DNA from: Octopus vulgaris | Taxonomy: Eukaryota | Assembly: GCA_951406725.2 (NCBI GenBank) | Contig: OX597821.1 | Location: 110,360,001 to 110,424,000, forward strand | Reading direction: 5' to 3' | Length of the DNA: 64,000 nt | In this document: positions 12,407 to 25,661 of the stretch, piece by piece | How the letters are laid out: every line of letters begins with the position of its first letter | Numbering within the stretch: the stretch's first letter is position 1 | Notes under the pieces: model-generated | What the model was told of the DNA's origin: nothing | Seen by the model: the letters and a program-made list of their open reading frames with translations, nothing else | The model's database searches: none | Made by a program: the position numbers and the translations under genes

Positions 12407-12900
12407 TAATAATACTTAGAGGTATTACTTCCACTGCTACGACCATGACCACTAACAACAACAACAATACTAAAGGTGATCAAGACGAAGATAGCAGGAA
12501 AATTATCTTATTTAGGGTTAAAAGTTCTATTGCCACCACCATCACCACTAGCAACAATAATTAAGGTGCTGACAATGATGATGATGACAATTGAAATATA
12601 AAAATATAAAAATCTCTGACAAAGGATATTTACAACATTTCTAAAAATAACCCAACAATTGCTGCTTCGGCCAGGGTCAAGATACAGGACTCTTGACCTG
12701 TCCAACAAAGCGTGATGCCTAAACCAATCAGCTCAACCAACCAATCAGCTTAAGTAATTGAGTGATACTACACACTGATTGGTCAGAATACAGTTTGCAA
12801 AACCTAGCACTCTGGAGCCTACCCAGCTGTATTTATAGCACAGAATCACTCATCTTGCCACAGTCAAAAATTGTGAAGCATGACTGTCAACACTACTACA

Positions 12901-12945
12901 TGAACCCGAAGATTGCAGAATTCAATGCATGAAAGTACTAGTTCA
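12901..12945 (+). ncRNA. Minimal type I hammerhead ribozyme motif (PLE pLTR), copy 2
   Basis: Identical to 8629-8673. Confidence 0.7.
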
Positions 12946-13077
12946 ATCAGAATGAATATTTAACATTCTACTATTTCATTTTATTTTATTCAATTATAAT
13001 ATATTATCTTATAATATATCATTATAAGATTGTAAATAAAACGTGAAAATCAGACAAGGTTGGAATTCTTTTTATTA

Positions 13078-13116
<39 letters not shown>

Positions 13117-13118
13117 TA

Positions 13119-13152
<34 letters not shown>

Positions 13153-13619
13153 TTATATACACACACACACACATATATATATATACATACATTGATATAT
13201 ATATGTATGTATGTTATGTATATATACATATAGGTACATGTACGTGGTGTAAATAGAATTATATATATTAATTATATATATGCACACTCACACACATATA
13301 TACATACATATATATGAATGTATGTATGTATGTATGTATGTATGTATGTATGTATACGTGTGTGTGTGTGTGCATCATCATCATCATCATCATCATCATC
13401 ACCATCATCATCTTCATCACCATCATCATCATCCTCATCATCGTCAACATCATGGTTTGTACCTTTAGGTAGTCTCTGCTGTCATGTGAATGTAAAACTT
13501 TTGGACTTCTATTTTTGGTGACCTAAACCCCCTGGAAAATGTGATTTTATTTTAATGTTGGTCTTAGATAGAGGTGGAATAAATAGAACAGATATCTCAG
13601 TGCATTTCACCCAGCGCTA

Positions 13620-13942
13620 TAATCATGTGATCACGTGATCGACTAGACTGTCGGGTGGTGTTATATATCACTGACCACAATGTGCTTTGCATCGGTCTTA
13701 GCTTTCGAATGATGCCACCCCGCTGGCTAGGCGCCCCGGCTAACATTCCTACCCTGATTGGAAGGACAGACCATAGCAGGGCTACCCATTTACAGCCGAG
13801 TGGCCTGCAACAACATAAAAATGAAGTATCTTGTTCAAGAACAATACGTGCAACCGGTCTGGGAATCGAAACCACAATGTCACGATCGTGAGTACAAGGA
13901 TTAAGGAGAGGAACACGCCTGACCACTAGGCCAGCTTCACGC
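13620..13942 (-). mobile_element. tRNA-derived SINE, family C
   Basis: Minus strand has tggcctagtggtcag (box A) and ggtttcgattcccagacc (box B); head similar to 33662-34001, 39398-39665 and 55905-56175. Confidence 0.7.
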
Positions 13943-14194
13943 CGCTGTAATAATTCCAACAAAATACATCTCTGGATTGGTACTCGTCGATCGATCACCG
14001 AAAATGGATGCCTTTAGGATCACCTAACGTTTAAACGGTGGGTTTTTTTTTTTTTTATAAAACTGATACTTTTTTCATTTTTATCTATTTTCCAAGGATT
14101 AAGGAAGAGAAACACGAAAAAAGGATTTTAGCTATGCGAGGTACTTTACTTATGAAGAATATAGGCCTATTTGTTTTTGTTTTCTTTGGACGCT

Positions 14195-14560
14195 TGCGTC
14201 CCCAAAGTCCATCCCCTCCTCACCGTGGTGGGGACGCTGGCGACGGGTAGTGTCAGAGCTATGCCGTTGGGAACTTCGGTTCCTGGTAGGGCCACCCAAG
14301 GCGGATAGGTCTGACACCGAGTGATATTAGGGCCACAACCTGGTGAAAATCCTCGGAGTGTCTGATTCGGCAACCGGCGGCTCCTCGGTCGTTCTGTCCC
14401 TGCGTCTGCGGACAATCTGCGGCAAACAGGATGTCTCCATATGCGGGATTGTTGGAGACCGCTTGTGAAATCCACATATTCCCACAAAACTTCTTCCATG
14501 AGTAGAAGAAGCCGACTCAACCCGCCCAGGGTGAATGTCGCCACAAGTGCAAGTAAGTAC
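14195..14560 (+). mobile_element. RTE-clade LINE 5' UTR-like fragment
   Basis: GC-rich ctcaccgtggtgggg...gagctatgccg...cctggtagggccacccaaggcggataggtc resembles RTE (BovB/Expander-type) 5' ends, recognised from memory and not aligned. Confidence 0.5.
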
Positions 14561-14689
14561 GCTTGTATCAAGTAACTGTACATACATATTTGGTATGCTG
14601 TGTGATTAAGGAACTCACTTTATAACCACGTGTATTCAGATTCAGTCCTATTGTAATCCTTTTTGAAGAAATGTCTCCTTCTTTAGCTG

Positions 14690-14950
14690 CGGACCAACCA
14701 ATGTTTTCCGAGTGAATTTGGTAGATGGAAACTGTGTGGAAGCCCACCATGTGTGTGTGTGTATGGGGGGGGTATGCTTGTGTCCTTCCGTCTGCATTTG
14801 TTCTATTCCAACCGGTGTTGGTTTGCTTACGTTCCCATAACATAGCTGTTTCTTAATCAATAAACAAAAGCGCTTGGAACGCTAAAACCCTTCAAGGCCG
14901 TGCCCCAGCATGGCGACAGTGAAATGACTGAAACAAGTAAAAGATAAAAG
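14690..14950 (+). mobile_element. SINE family B, 3' part
   Basis: ttgtg/tttggtagatggaaactg core and ccagcatggc...aatgactgaaacaagtaaaaga tail shared with other copies. Confidence 0.65.
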
Positions 14951-15218
14951 ATTTTAAAAGCGCTATCTTTCTGCCGAACATTTTCGTCTGTAGATAAAGG
15001 GAAGAAAAGGGAATCTATTGAGAAAATATTCCAATATTCAATGTTTTGAAAGACCTACAAGACAGAAAGCAGCAGCCATTATGATTTACTCACGAATATG
15101 CATTCGTATTATGTATATGCGTGTATATATGTGAGCGAGTGTGTATGTGTTCGTGTTATATGCATGATGTATGAGTACGTGTGTGCATATATATATATAC
15201 ATATATGCATATACATAC

Positions 15219-15257
<39 letters not shown>

Positions 15258-15440
15258 TGCATATACATACATATACATATATATATATATACACACACAT
15301 ATATATATGTATGTACATGTATATATATATATATATATATTTACATATATATGTATATATATATACATATATATATACATATATATACATGTATATATAT
15401 ATATATATATGTATGTATATATGTATATACATGTATACGT

Positions 15441-15533
<93 letters not shown>

Positions 15534-16439
15534 AATGTATGTATATACTCACGCACACAGATGTGTTGTATGATGTAGTTGGCAAAAAATCAAGAACTGC
15601 AACCTTTCAAGAAAAGGAATTAAAAAAAGGCACAGAAACCAGTCACTGCACACTGAAAATAAAATAAGATGAATTTAAATAGAATAAATATTCTAATGTA
15701 ATACGTATCACAAAATATAAGTCGTATGTTGAAAACTTATTTTCAAATGTGAGTTGGACGTCTGACGACAATGGACGAAATACCAGCAAGAACAAAAACA
15801 AAAACAAAAGTGTAACCGTTGTGACTTCATTTAAGGACAAGCAACCATAATTACCTTAAGAGCATTTGAATGCCATACAAGTCAAATGGTGACTATTATC
15901 TGATTTCACGAAATGCGTACTGGTCTTTCTTTATTTTCGCATACATTTTCCATAGTAAAAACCGATCTTTTAAATCGGTTTTAAGATCGTGTGATAAATA
16001 TTTTGGCAGCCATTTTAGCTCTTTAAAAGGTCACCATATATACTGTTTGTGTTGTGTAGATTCAAGTATAGTTGAATGACCGGATGGACGGAGAGTCTTC
16101 TTTAAGAAAACGTAACAATACACCTGAAAGGTTAAAGTTGGACTAAACTTCAAGAAAGAAAATAAATATATTGATAAATGAATAAATAAAACTCTTTTAT
16201 TTGTCTAAAAGTATAGAAAACACGCGATGGAAAACAGGAATGGAGAAAAGTCTACGAAATCATGTTTGAATGTGAATTTATCCTTCTCGTGTAAAATGAA
16301 GAAGACGTACAATGAATATAATATAAATGTCGTCCTCGTATTGCATTTGATGTGGTTTTGACATTTACAAAAGAGACAATTTTATGTGTACGCATGAAAC
16401 AAATAAATCATAAGACAATATTCTCGTGTCTTTTCAGAT

Positions 16440-16935
16440 AGGTAAATTTCTGTTTGGACACGCCTGATACTTTTCCGTAAAAATGTTCAATCCAAAATAT
16501 TAACGGGTAATTGGCACGGTCGACTCCATCTAAATTCAGAACCAGGTATTGCATTAGCTTAGGGTTCATAGGCGCACAACTCTTCAATGCCCTGCCACAA
16601 AAATTAAGAAACTTATACAATGTGGGATGCCTTTCGCTGATGAGAAACGAGGATGTCGAAACACCGGCTATCTCAGATTTCCTCACGTGAATGAAGTCAC
16701 TATGTTTTGAATACACGCACGTCGTAAAGGAGGAATTATTTTCCTATGTGACGAAACATAACAGCGATAAGCGCATTCATGTTCAATCCAGAAAGGAACT
16801 AGACATTCTCCTCTCCATAATACCGGATGAAACAACAGCCCGGCATGAGATACGGACGAGGGCAGTGGAGTCAAACTCCCTCATAGACCAATTAGACCAA
16901 CAGCCGGAACAAAGGCATACGCAGGAGTGGTGATA
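16440..16935 (+). mobile_element. Decayed LINE (CR1/L2/Jockey-like) ORF2 C-terminus, interrupted by a 162-bp insert
   Basis: Translates as GFIGAQLFNALPQKLRNL, then RKELDILLSIIPDE...RAVESNSLIDQ, typical of RT C-termini. Confidence 0.6.
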
Positions 16936-17787
16936 TGAAACCCTAGAATCATAAGTAAAACGGTGCAAAATCACGGCGATGCTCCAGCATGACCGCAACT
17001 GCATGGCTGAAACGATTTAAATAAATAAAAGAAATAAAGAAATGAAAAAAACACAAAGGTTTCTTCTACCAGGCAATCCGCCAGATCTAGTCATCATATG
17101 CATAGAAATACAAACCCCTAATATGCTACTAAACCCATCGGTGGGAGAGCAACTACTGCGGGTCAAGTAGACCTGGGAGTAACAGTTGCTAAGAGGGGTT
17201 CCACAACTCTGAAGAACTAGAACTCCCGAACTAGATTCCCACTACCTGATGCAGTTTTAACACGCACACTCACACACACACTTACACTCATATACATACA
17301 TACATACATACATGCATACATACATACATACATACATACATACATACATACATACATACATACATACATGCATACGTACATACATACATACATGCATGCA
17401 TGCATACATACATACATACATACTTACATACATACATACATACATACATACATGCATGCATGCATGCATACTTACATACATATATACATACATACATACA
17501 TACATACATACATACATACATACATACATACATACATACATACATACATACATACGTACGTACGTACATACAAATGCATATACATATACAATGAGTATTT
17601 ATTCGTAATATGTTCTGGTAGCCTCGAACATGAATGCGCTTATCGCTGTTATGTTTCGTCACATAGGAAAATAATTCCTCCTTTACGACGAGCGTGTATT
17701 CAAAACATAGTGACTTCATTCAGGTGAGGAAATCTGAGATAGCCGGTGTTTCGACATCCTCGTTTCTCATCAGCGAAGGGCATCCCA
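16623..17787. repeat. 162-bp inverted repeat pair (16623-16784 / 17626-17787)
   Basis: Reverse-complement match with about 3 mismatches. Confidence 0.9.
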
Positions 17788-17967
17788 GGACTGATGAATC
17801 TCGTATGAGCCGACGGTCGTGTTTTTTAACAGATTCGTGCTGATATATGCGAACCGAAAGTAAGACCGTTGTTTACACGATAAACAGCGAGATTTAAATC
17901 GATTACTTCGATATTTATTCCTAATGCATTCTGGTGGATTTAAGGGGTCTTGCGGTATTTGTGTTAA

Positions 17968-18198
17968 GGCGGCGAGCTGGCAGAAACGTTAGCACGCCGG
18001 GCGAAAGGCGCAGCCGTATTTCGTCTGTCGTTACGTTGTGAGTTCAAATTCCGTCGAGGTTGACTTTGCCTTTCATCCTTTCGGGGTCGATAAATTAAGT
18101 ACCAGTTACGCACTGGGGTCGATGTAATCGACTTAATACCTATGTCTGTCCTTGTTTGTCCCCTCTATGTTTAGCCCCTTGTGGGTAATAAAGAAATA
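17968..18198 (+). mobile_element. tRNA-derived SINE, family A, with 14-bp TSD
   Basis: ggcggcgagctggcagaa...gagttcaaattcc...gcctttcatcctttcggggtcgat; TSD ggtatttgtgttaa at 17954-17967 and 18199-18212. Confidence 0.9.
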
Positions 18199-18224
18199 GG
18201 TATTTGTGTTAACTGGCGCTCCAT

Positions 18225-18537
18225 CACAAACGACAACGAATGATCCAGTTGATCCGATCGACGGACCAGCCTGTTTGAGGAAATTAACGTGCGAGTGGCT
18301 GAGTACTCCACAGACACGCGAATCCTTACCGTAGTTCTAAGGGTGATTCAAGGTGACAGAGAATGTGACAAGGCTGGCTCTTTAAATTACAGGCACTACT
18401 CATTTTTGCCAGCTGACTGGACTGGAGCAACTTGAAATATAGTATCCTGCTCAAGGATGCCACACGCTGCCGGGAATCGAACTCATGACCTTACAATCGT
18501 GAACTGAATATGCTAACCATTAAGCTGCGCGTCTTCA
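18225..18537 (-). mobile_element. SINE family C-like
   Basis: Minus-strand tRNA-like head (gagttcgattcccggc) and ttgagcagg...ttgctccagt body. Confidence 0.65.
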
Positions 18538-18577
18538 CGATATTTCTATACGGAAAAGAATAAAAAAAAATTGAAAC

Positions 18578-18683
18578 AAACGCAGGAGTGGCTGTGAGGT
18601 AAGAAGCTTGCTTCCCAGCCACATGGTTTCGAGTTCAGTCCCACTGAGTGGCACTTTGGACAAATTGTTCATATATGTCTTAT

Positions 18684-18755
<72 letters not shown>

Positions 18756-18965
18756 TTGCGTGTATCTGTGGTTGTCCATATACCATCGTTTGACAACCGA
18801 TGTTGGTGTGTTTACGTCCTCGTAACTTAGTTCAGCAAAAGCGACCGATAGAAAAAGTACTAGGCTTGTAAAAGAATAAGTCCCGACGTCGATTTGTTCG
18901 ACTAAAAGGCAGTGCTTCAGCATGGCTGCAGTCAGAATGACTGAAACAAGTAAAAGAATAAGAGA
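18578..18965 (+). mobile_element. SINE family B (internal TA microsatellite)
   Basis: cgcaggagtggctgtg...gagttcagtcccactg head and aatgactgaaacaagtaaaaga tail. Confidence 0.8.
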
Positions 18966-19062
18966 ATAGCAGATTAAACCCTGGGTTTGTTCGAATCTGC
19001 ATGGAAGTCTTTAGACGCGTGGGTGCGTCGAAACAAATGCTAAGCATCATATTTTCTGGCTA

Positions 19063-19497
19063 AGGCGGCGAGCTAGCAGAAACGTTAGCACACCGGGGCG
19101 AAATGCGTAGCCGTATTTCGTCTATCACTACGTTCTGAGTTCAAATTCCGCCGAGGTCGACTTTACCTTTCATCCTTTTGGGGTCGATTAAATAAGTACC
19201 AGTTACGCACTGGGGTCGATATAATCGACTTAATCCGTTTGTCTGTTCTTGTTTGTCATCTCTGTGTTTAACCCCTTGTGGGTAGTAAAGAAATATGTAT
19301 TTCGTCTGCCGCTACGTTCTGAGTTCAAATTCCGCCGAGGTCGACTTTGCCTTTCATCCTTTCGAAGGTCGATAAGATAAGAGTACAAGTTGCATGCTGG
19401 GGTCGATGTGATCAACTGGCCTCCTACCTCAAAATTTCGGGCTTTGTACCTGGAATAGAAAAGATTATTATTATTATTATTATTATCATCATCATCA

Positions 19498-19569
<72 letters not shown>

Positions 19570-20040
19570 GGACTGACAGAATCATTAGATTGTCAGAAAA
19601 AAATGCCCTGCGTTATTTCTTGTGACTCTTTACGTTCTGAGTTCAAATTCCGCCGAGGTCGACTTTGCCTTTTATCCTTTCGGGGTCGATAAATTAAGTA
19701 CCAGTTGCGTACTGGGGTCGATCTAATTGACTGGCCATCTCCCCCAAAATTTCGGGCCTTGTACAAAGTGTAGAAAAGTCTAATGTAAGAAACAAATAAA
19801 AGAAAAAGTGACAGGGTAACAAAATCTCTAGCGTGTCGGCCAGAATGCTTAATGCCTGTTCTTTCGGCTCTATATACTATCTGGGTTCAAATCCCGCCGA
19901 GGTCAACTTTGCCTTTCATCGTTTCGAGCTCGATAAAATAAAATTGCTGTTAAGAATTAAGTAGTGTCGGAAGATGTAATCAAGCAACTTCTTTCCTCTA
20001 AAACTGCTGACCTCATGCCAGAATTTGGAACAATTATCGG
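19063..20040 (+). mobile_element. Cluster of family A SINEs around an (ATT)n tract
   Basis: gttcaaat(t/c)ccgccgaggtc core recurs at ~19140, 19323, 19641 and 19885. Confidence 0.85.
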
Positions 20041-20380
20041 GAAGATCAATACAAATATATAGACATCTTTCTTGGCATTGCATAAATCGTAGCGTTTGAA
20101 AAAGTTTTACGTAGAAGAAGATTAAGAATCAGGCGGCAAGATCATGTGACTAAACAGAAAGCGAGAGAGATGATTCACACACATACACACGCACGCACAC
20201 ACATCTCACACAACACACGCGCTCATACATAAACCGCGTACACACACACACACACACACGCGTACCAGAAGTCGTGCGGTCTTAAAAAGCCACTGTCGAA
20301 AGCACGAGTCTATTATGAATAATGGTCTTCTTTGGATATGAGTGGACTACATATGTGTATGTGTGTGTATATATATATGC

Positions 20381-20423
<43 letters not shown>

Positions 20424-20487
20424 CATATAAATACATTTATCTGTGTGTATATGTGTACATGAATATACATATACATATATATATGTA

Positions 20488-20551
<64 letters not shown>

Positions 20552-20706
20552 GGTATATAGATATATGAATGCACACACACACACACACATGTGTATACAT
20601 CCACGTACATGCGTGAGCGGTTGTTTGCGCGTATATTCTAAAATATTTGTCTTTGAAATATTTTATAATTACATTGCCGTGCTGGGAAATCAAAATTTTG
20701 TCGTTG

Positions 20707-20765
<59 letters not shown>

Positions 20766-21100
20766 ATAATAATAATAATAATCAACATCCTTGTCATCAT
20801 CATCATCATCATCAACGTCGTCGTCGTCGTCGTCGTCATAGACATCGTCCGCGTCAACGCCGTGGTCATCGTCGTCGTTGTTCATTTCCAACAAAGGTTT
20901 TCTTTCATATTTGAATGTCAACGAACAATCAGCTTACATATATATATATTAATACCAAGAATCATTCTTTTGATTATATTAGATCTAAAGGAACCCTGTA
21001 TGATTGGATGAATCAAAGCTTTTAGATGTTTGCCTTGTTAATGTCCTCTTACTCACCCTCTCCGCCTCTCTCTCTTTTCTCTCTCTCCTCTCTCCTCTCC

Positions 21101-21152
<52 letters not shown>

Positions 21153-21799
21153 TTCGCTCTATCGTTTACGCTTAACTAAAGGCTTTTATCTGTATTTTTC
21201 TCTGTGGCTTCAGCTCTATCTGTAGTTTTCTCTATTTAACGAAGGTTTAGCAAATGTTTTTTCCGGATAGAAGAAATTAAAAAGAAAAAAAACAAACAAA
21301 CAGAAAAAGCAAGGAGGAAGCGAACGTTTTCGCACAAATGGGATTTGATAGAAATTAAATTGAATTTTTCATGCATTCTGGGCAGAACAAAATAAATTGA
21401 AACGAACGGACAAGGAAAGACGACAGTAACAGCAACAACAATAGCTAACTGCTACAACAGCAGCAACAACAACAGCAACAACAACATCCAAACAAAGACA
21501 ACAGCAACAGTTATACCATCAACAACAACAGTAAATTGAGCGTTTAAGACATAAATATCTACAATAAATGTAAATGTAAGAGTAACAAAACAGTTTCTTC
21601 CATAGGAATGGAGTGTGTCGTTTAAACTGACATTCGGTATTTCACTGTGTCTGTCTTTATTTTCTCAGTCCTGGAAGTATACCACATTTGTAGCTACTGG
21701 GTCTTCTACCTCGGACGCTGAATTTTAGTGTCTTCCTCACGACCCGCTCTACGGGTCACAGTTCTTGTATTATTTTGTAGATTGCAGGGTCACGAGATA

Positions 21800-22197
21800 T
21801 TCTTTTCTACCCTGGGCACAAGGACCGAAATTTCTGGGGAGGGGGCCAATCAATTAGATCGATCCCAATACGCAACTGGTACTTATTTAATCGACCTTGA
21901 AAGGATGAAAAGCAAAGTCGACCCCGTAGAATTTGAACTCAGAACGTAAAGACAGACGAAATACCTATTTCTTTATTACCCACAAGGGGCTAAACATAGT
22001 GTGGGACAAATAAAGACAGACATAGGTATTAAGTCGATTACATCGACCCCAGTGCGTAACTGGTACTTAATTTATCGACCCCGAAAGGATGAAAGGCAAA
22101 GTCGACCTCGGCGGAATTTGAACTCAGAACGTAACGGCAGACGAAATACCGCTAAGCATTTCGCCCGGCATGCTAACGTTTCTACCCGTTCGCCGCC
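21800..22197 (-). mobile_element. Family A SINE (dimeric form)
   Basis: Reverse complement of the family A core occurs twice, with junction gacgaaatacctatttcttt. Confidence 0.85.
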
Positions 22198-22899
22198 ATC
22201 AGAGTCATGAGATATTGAATGACCGAATTTGGAATCTTGGACAAAGATTGCTTCAGCATTCAAAAAAAAAAAAAAAAGCTGCAGATGCTTACCACATCTG
22301 GGACAATAAAAATCAGCAAAATAATGTTAAATTTTAAATGGTGAATGATTGCCCAGGGGTTAGTGATAAGGACAAAACATCAGTTTTTATAAAATGACTA
22401 TTTTTAAATCTCACAACGAGAGATCAGTTTTTACCTTGACAAAAATGATTTTCTTTACCACTGAACTAATGGTTGATTATGATAAACGCTAAAACTCTAA
22501 CTAGGAAGAGAAAATATCTACATGCATACATACGGGCTTTAGGTGAACAGTTGCACATACATGAATGTGTCTATCCACAGCTCAACCAACACAGCAAATC
22601 AACTACATATTTACAAATACCGGGAACTCTATTGACTCAAAAACTCTTGTCGCTTTGTTAGCGACGGCTTGAACTCGCTTAAGATCTCAAATAGAACTCA
22701 AAATCAGGGTAAATACATATATACCTATATAAATACTTTGATATATGCACAGAACAGCTGCTCCAAAACGCTAGCAGTGTAATATCTCCTGCTATGGCAT
22801 GATGTTGTTGTCAAAAAGGATATATTATACCATTTGTAGAAAAGACTTACCAAGTATGAATATAAGGAATGCCTTTGTTACTGAATGAGTATAAACTTA

Positions 22900-23538
22900 T
22901 CTATTTCTTTATTGCCCACAAAGGGCTAAACATAGAGGGGACAAACAAGGATAGGCAAAAGGATTAAGTTGATTACATCGACCCCAGTGCGTATCTGGTA
23001 CTTATTTAATCGACCCTGAAAGGATGAAAGGCAAAGTCGACCTCGGCGGAATTTGAACTCAGAACATAAAAACAGACGCAATACCGCTAAGTATTTCGCC
23101 TGACGTGCTAACGATTCTGCCAGCTCCCCGCCTTTCGAGTATAAAATATCCTTTTTTCTATTGGCACAAGGCCCAAAATTTTTGGGGAGGGGGGAGTCGA
23201 TTAGATCGACCCCAACACGAAACTGGTACTTTATTGACTCCAAAAGGATGAAAGGCAAAGTCGACCTCGGCGGAATTTGAACTCAGAACGTAGCGGCAGA
23301 CGAAATACCTATTTCTTTACTACCCACAAGGGGCTAAACATAGAGAGGACAAACAAGGACAGACAAACGGATTAAGTCGATTATATCGACCCCAGTGCGT
23401 AACTGGTACTTATTTAATCGACCCTGAAAGGATGAAGGCAAAGTCGACGGCGGCGGAATTTGAACTCAGAACGTGACGGCAGACGAAATACGGCTACGCA
23501 TTTCGCCCGGCGTGCTAACGTTTCTGCCAGCTCGCCGC
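22900..23538 (-). mobile_element. Two adjacent family A SINEs (monomer + dimer)
   Basis: Core repeated at ~23030, 23255 and 23440; heads at ~23132 and 23538. Confidence 0.85.
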
Positions 23539-24084
23539 ACAACTATCGACGCAAGAAATACTGACAGAACATTTCCATCTAAACATCTAGTGTAAACTAA
23601 ACAGGCCGGATTTTTTTTTTTTGTTTGGGGTGGTGAAGGACATGTGTGTACCGTGATAGTGGTTAGCTGTCTTCCCGATGTGAATATCCGTTTGAAAATC
23701 AAAGAGAAAGGGGATTACTATGAACAACTATTTTCAAACCTCCAGCTTCTCTATCTTGATTGCTAATTTACATTTCTACCAATAATTATGGATGCACTTG
23801 GTTTTTCTGAGTAAACGCATGACTGAATACAATATGTGAGAGGAACGGTAAAACTATGCAAGAATTTTCTCGAGTGTTTGTTTTGGTTATCAACATTACA
23901 ACGATGGAGCTTTGTAGCTTTGTTAAAAGCCAGCTCTTTCCTTGGAGGAAGATTTTAAATAATTAAAAGAAGAGAACGCACATACATACATTCATACATA
24001 CATTCATACATACATACATACATACATACATACATACATACATACGTACGTACGTACATACGTACGTACATACATAGATACATA

Positions 24085-25050
24085 CTAGGATACGTAATAC
24101 AGTGCCTAAATACCAATCTTGAATCTTCTCAAAATCAGAAAGTAGAAAGCTAATTCGAAGACTACACAGCCAATTCATCACTGGAACTGTAAAAATCTGT
24201 AAAACTTACCACCAGTTTATCATTTAAGTACATATGAGCATGTCTAGATATACAACTATATGCATGAGAATACATACGTAAAATATATTAATTTGCACAT
24301 ATACATACATACGTACATACATGCATACAAACATACATACATACATACATACATACATACATACATACATACATACATACATACATACATAATACATACA
24401 TACATACATACATACATACATACATGCATACATACATACAATGGAAGCACAACAGACCTGATAGGATGATTTGGGATGGGGAAGAGAAACTGTGCACAGT
24501 TGTGGAAATTAGCTGCTCAGTGGATGTTAACATAAAGCTGAAGATCAGTGAGAAAGAGAATATCTAGGCTGAACTATTGAGAAGTCTGCAGTTACTCCAT
24601 CCAGATTACAAGTCCAGATTTATGCCTGTACTTATTGGGGCCTTGAGATATGTAACACACTGCCTAAATACCAATCTTGAGAAATTAGGCTTCTCAAAAC
24701 CAGAAAGGAGAAAGCTAATTCGAAGACAACAAATCCAAACCATCACTGGAACTGTAAAAATCTGTAAAATTTCCAGAAGTTTATCATATATGAGCATGTG
24801 TATATATGTAACTATATGCATGAGAATACATAAATAAAGCAAAACATTCAAATATGCGCATATACATACATACATACATGCATACATACATACATACATA
24901 CATACATACATACATACATACAAACAAACAAGCAAAAATACCCTGTTGTTGATGTGAAAATTCCAATGAAGGTGCCTTGGATCTAGGTTAGAAACCAGCT
25001 CTTTCTTTTTTTTGGCAAGAAATCTTGAAATAAAACTGAACAATGGCATA
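24085..25050 (+). mobile_element. Two 5'-truncated copies of an RLE-type (R4/Dong-like) non-LTR element in (TACA)n
   Basis: Degenerate translation KHNRPD..IWDGEEKLCTVVEISCSVDVN...PVLIGAL.YV matches the C-terminal PD-(D/E)xK endonuclease; the 3' UTR contains a TACA tract. Confidence 0.7.
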
Positions 25051-25147
25051 AATACATATGTACGTACGAACGTACGTTCTATAATGTATTTTAAAGATAG
25101 AGCGGGCGAACAGGCGGAACAGTTGACAGGTCGGACCTAAATGCTTA

Positions 25148-25572
25148 CTCTTTTACTCTTTACTCTCTTACTTGTTTCAGTCATTTGACTGTGGCCATGC
25201 TGAAGCACCGCTTTTAGTCGAGCAAATCGACCCTAGGACCTATTCTTTGTAAGCCGAGTACTTATTATATCGGTGTCTTTTGCCGAACCACTAAGTTACG
25301 GGGACGTAAACACACCACCATCTGTTGTCAAACGATGCTGGGGGGAGGGACAAAGAGACACACAAACATATGCACACACACATACATATATATATATACA
25401 TATATACGACGGGGTTCTTTCAGTTTCCGTCTCCCAAATCCACTCACAAGGCTTTGGTCGGCTCGAAGCTATAGTAGAAGACACCTGCCCAAGGTGTCGC
25501 GCAGTGGGACTGAGCCCGGAACCATGTGGTTCATGAGCAGGTTACTTACCACACAGCCACTCCTACGCCTAT
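25148..25572 (-). mobile_element. SINE family B, full length
   Basis: Minus strand taggcgtaggagtggctgtgtggtaag head through an (AAGAGT)-like tail. Confidence 0.88.
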
Positions 25573-25578
25573 AAATAT

Positions 25579-25661
25579 TAGCACGATTGGGGTTCGAACT
25601 CACGCAGACATTTTTCCATTGTAACTTAAGTCCAACGTCTTAACCACTCGGCCATTGTGGT
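25579..25661 (-). tRNA. tRNA-Leu(TAA): tRNA-Leu (anticodon TAA) pseudogene / retrocopy
   Basis: Minus strand ACCACAATGGCCGAGTGGTTAAGACGTTGGACTTAAGTTACAATGGAAAAATGTCTGCGTGAGTTCGAACCCCAATCGTGCTA. It is 83 nt with boxes A/B, CT-TAA-G loop and long variable arm. Mismatches in the acceptor, anticodon and T stems indicate decay. Confidence 0.8.

Larger units (their letters stand above)
5393..13080 (+). mobile_element. Penelope-like retroelement (Naiad/Neptune-like), partial tandem of a 5'-truncated copy plus a full copy, unit 4272 bp
   Basis: 5393-8808 repeats at 9665-13080 (offset 4272). The ORF encodes a PLE RT and GIY-YIG endonuclease. Both ends abut (AT)n. Confidence 0.95.

Noticed and set aside
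25579-25661. tRNA 'TAA' as a suppressor of the PLE TAA stop
   Set aside because: Anticodon UAA reads UUA (Leu), not UAA, and the copy is degenerate.
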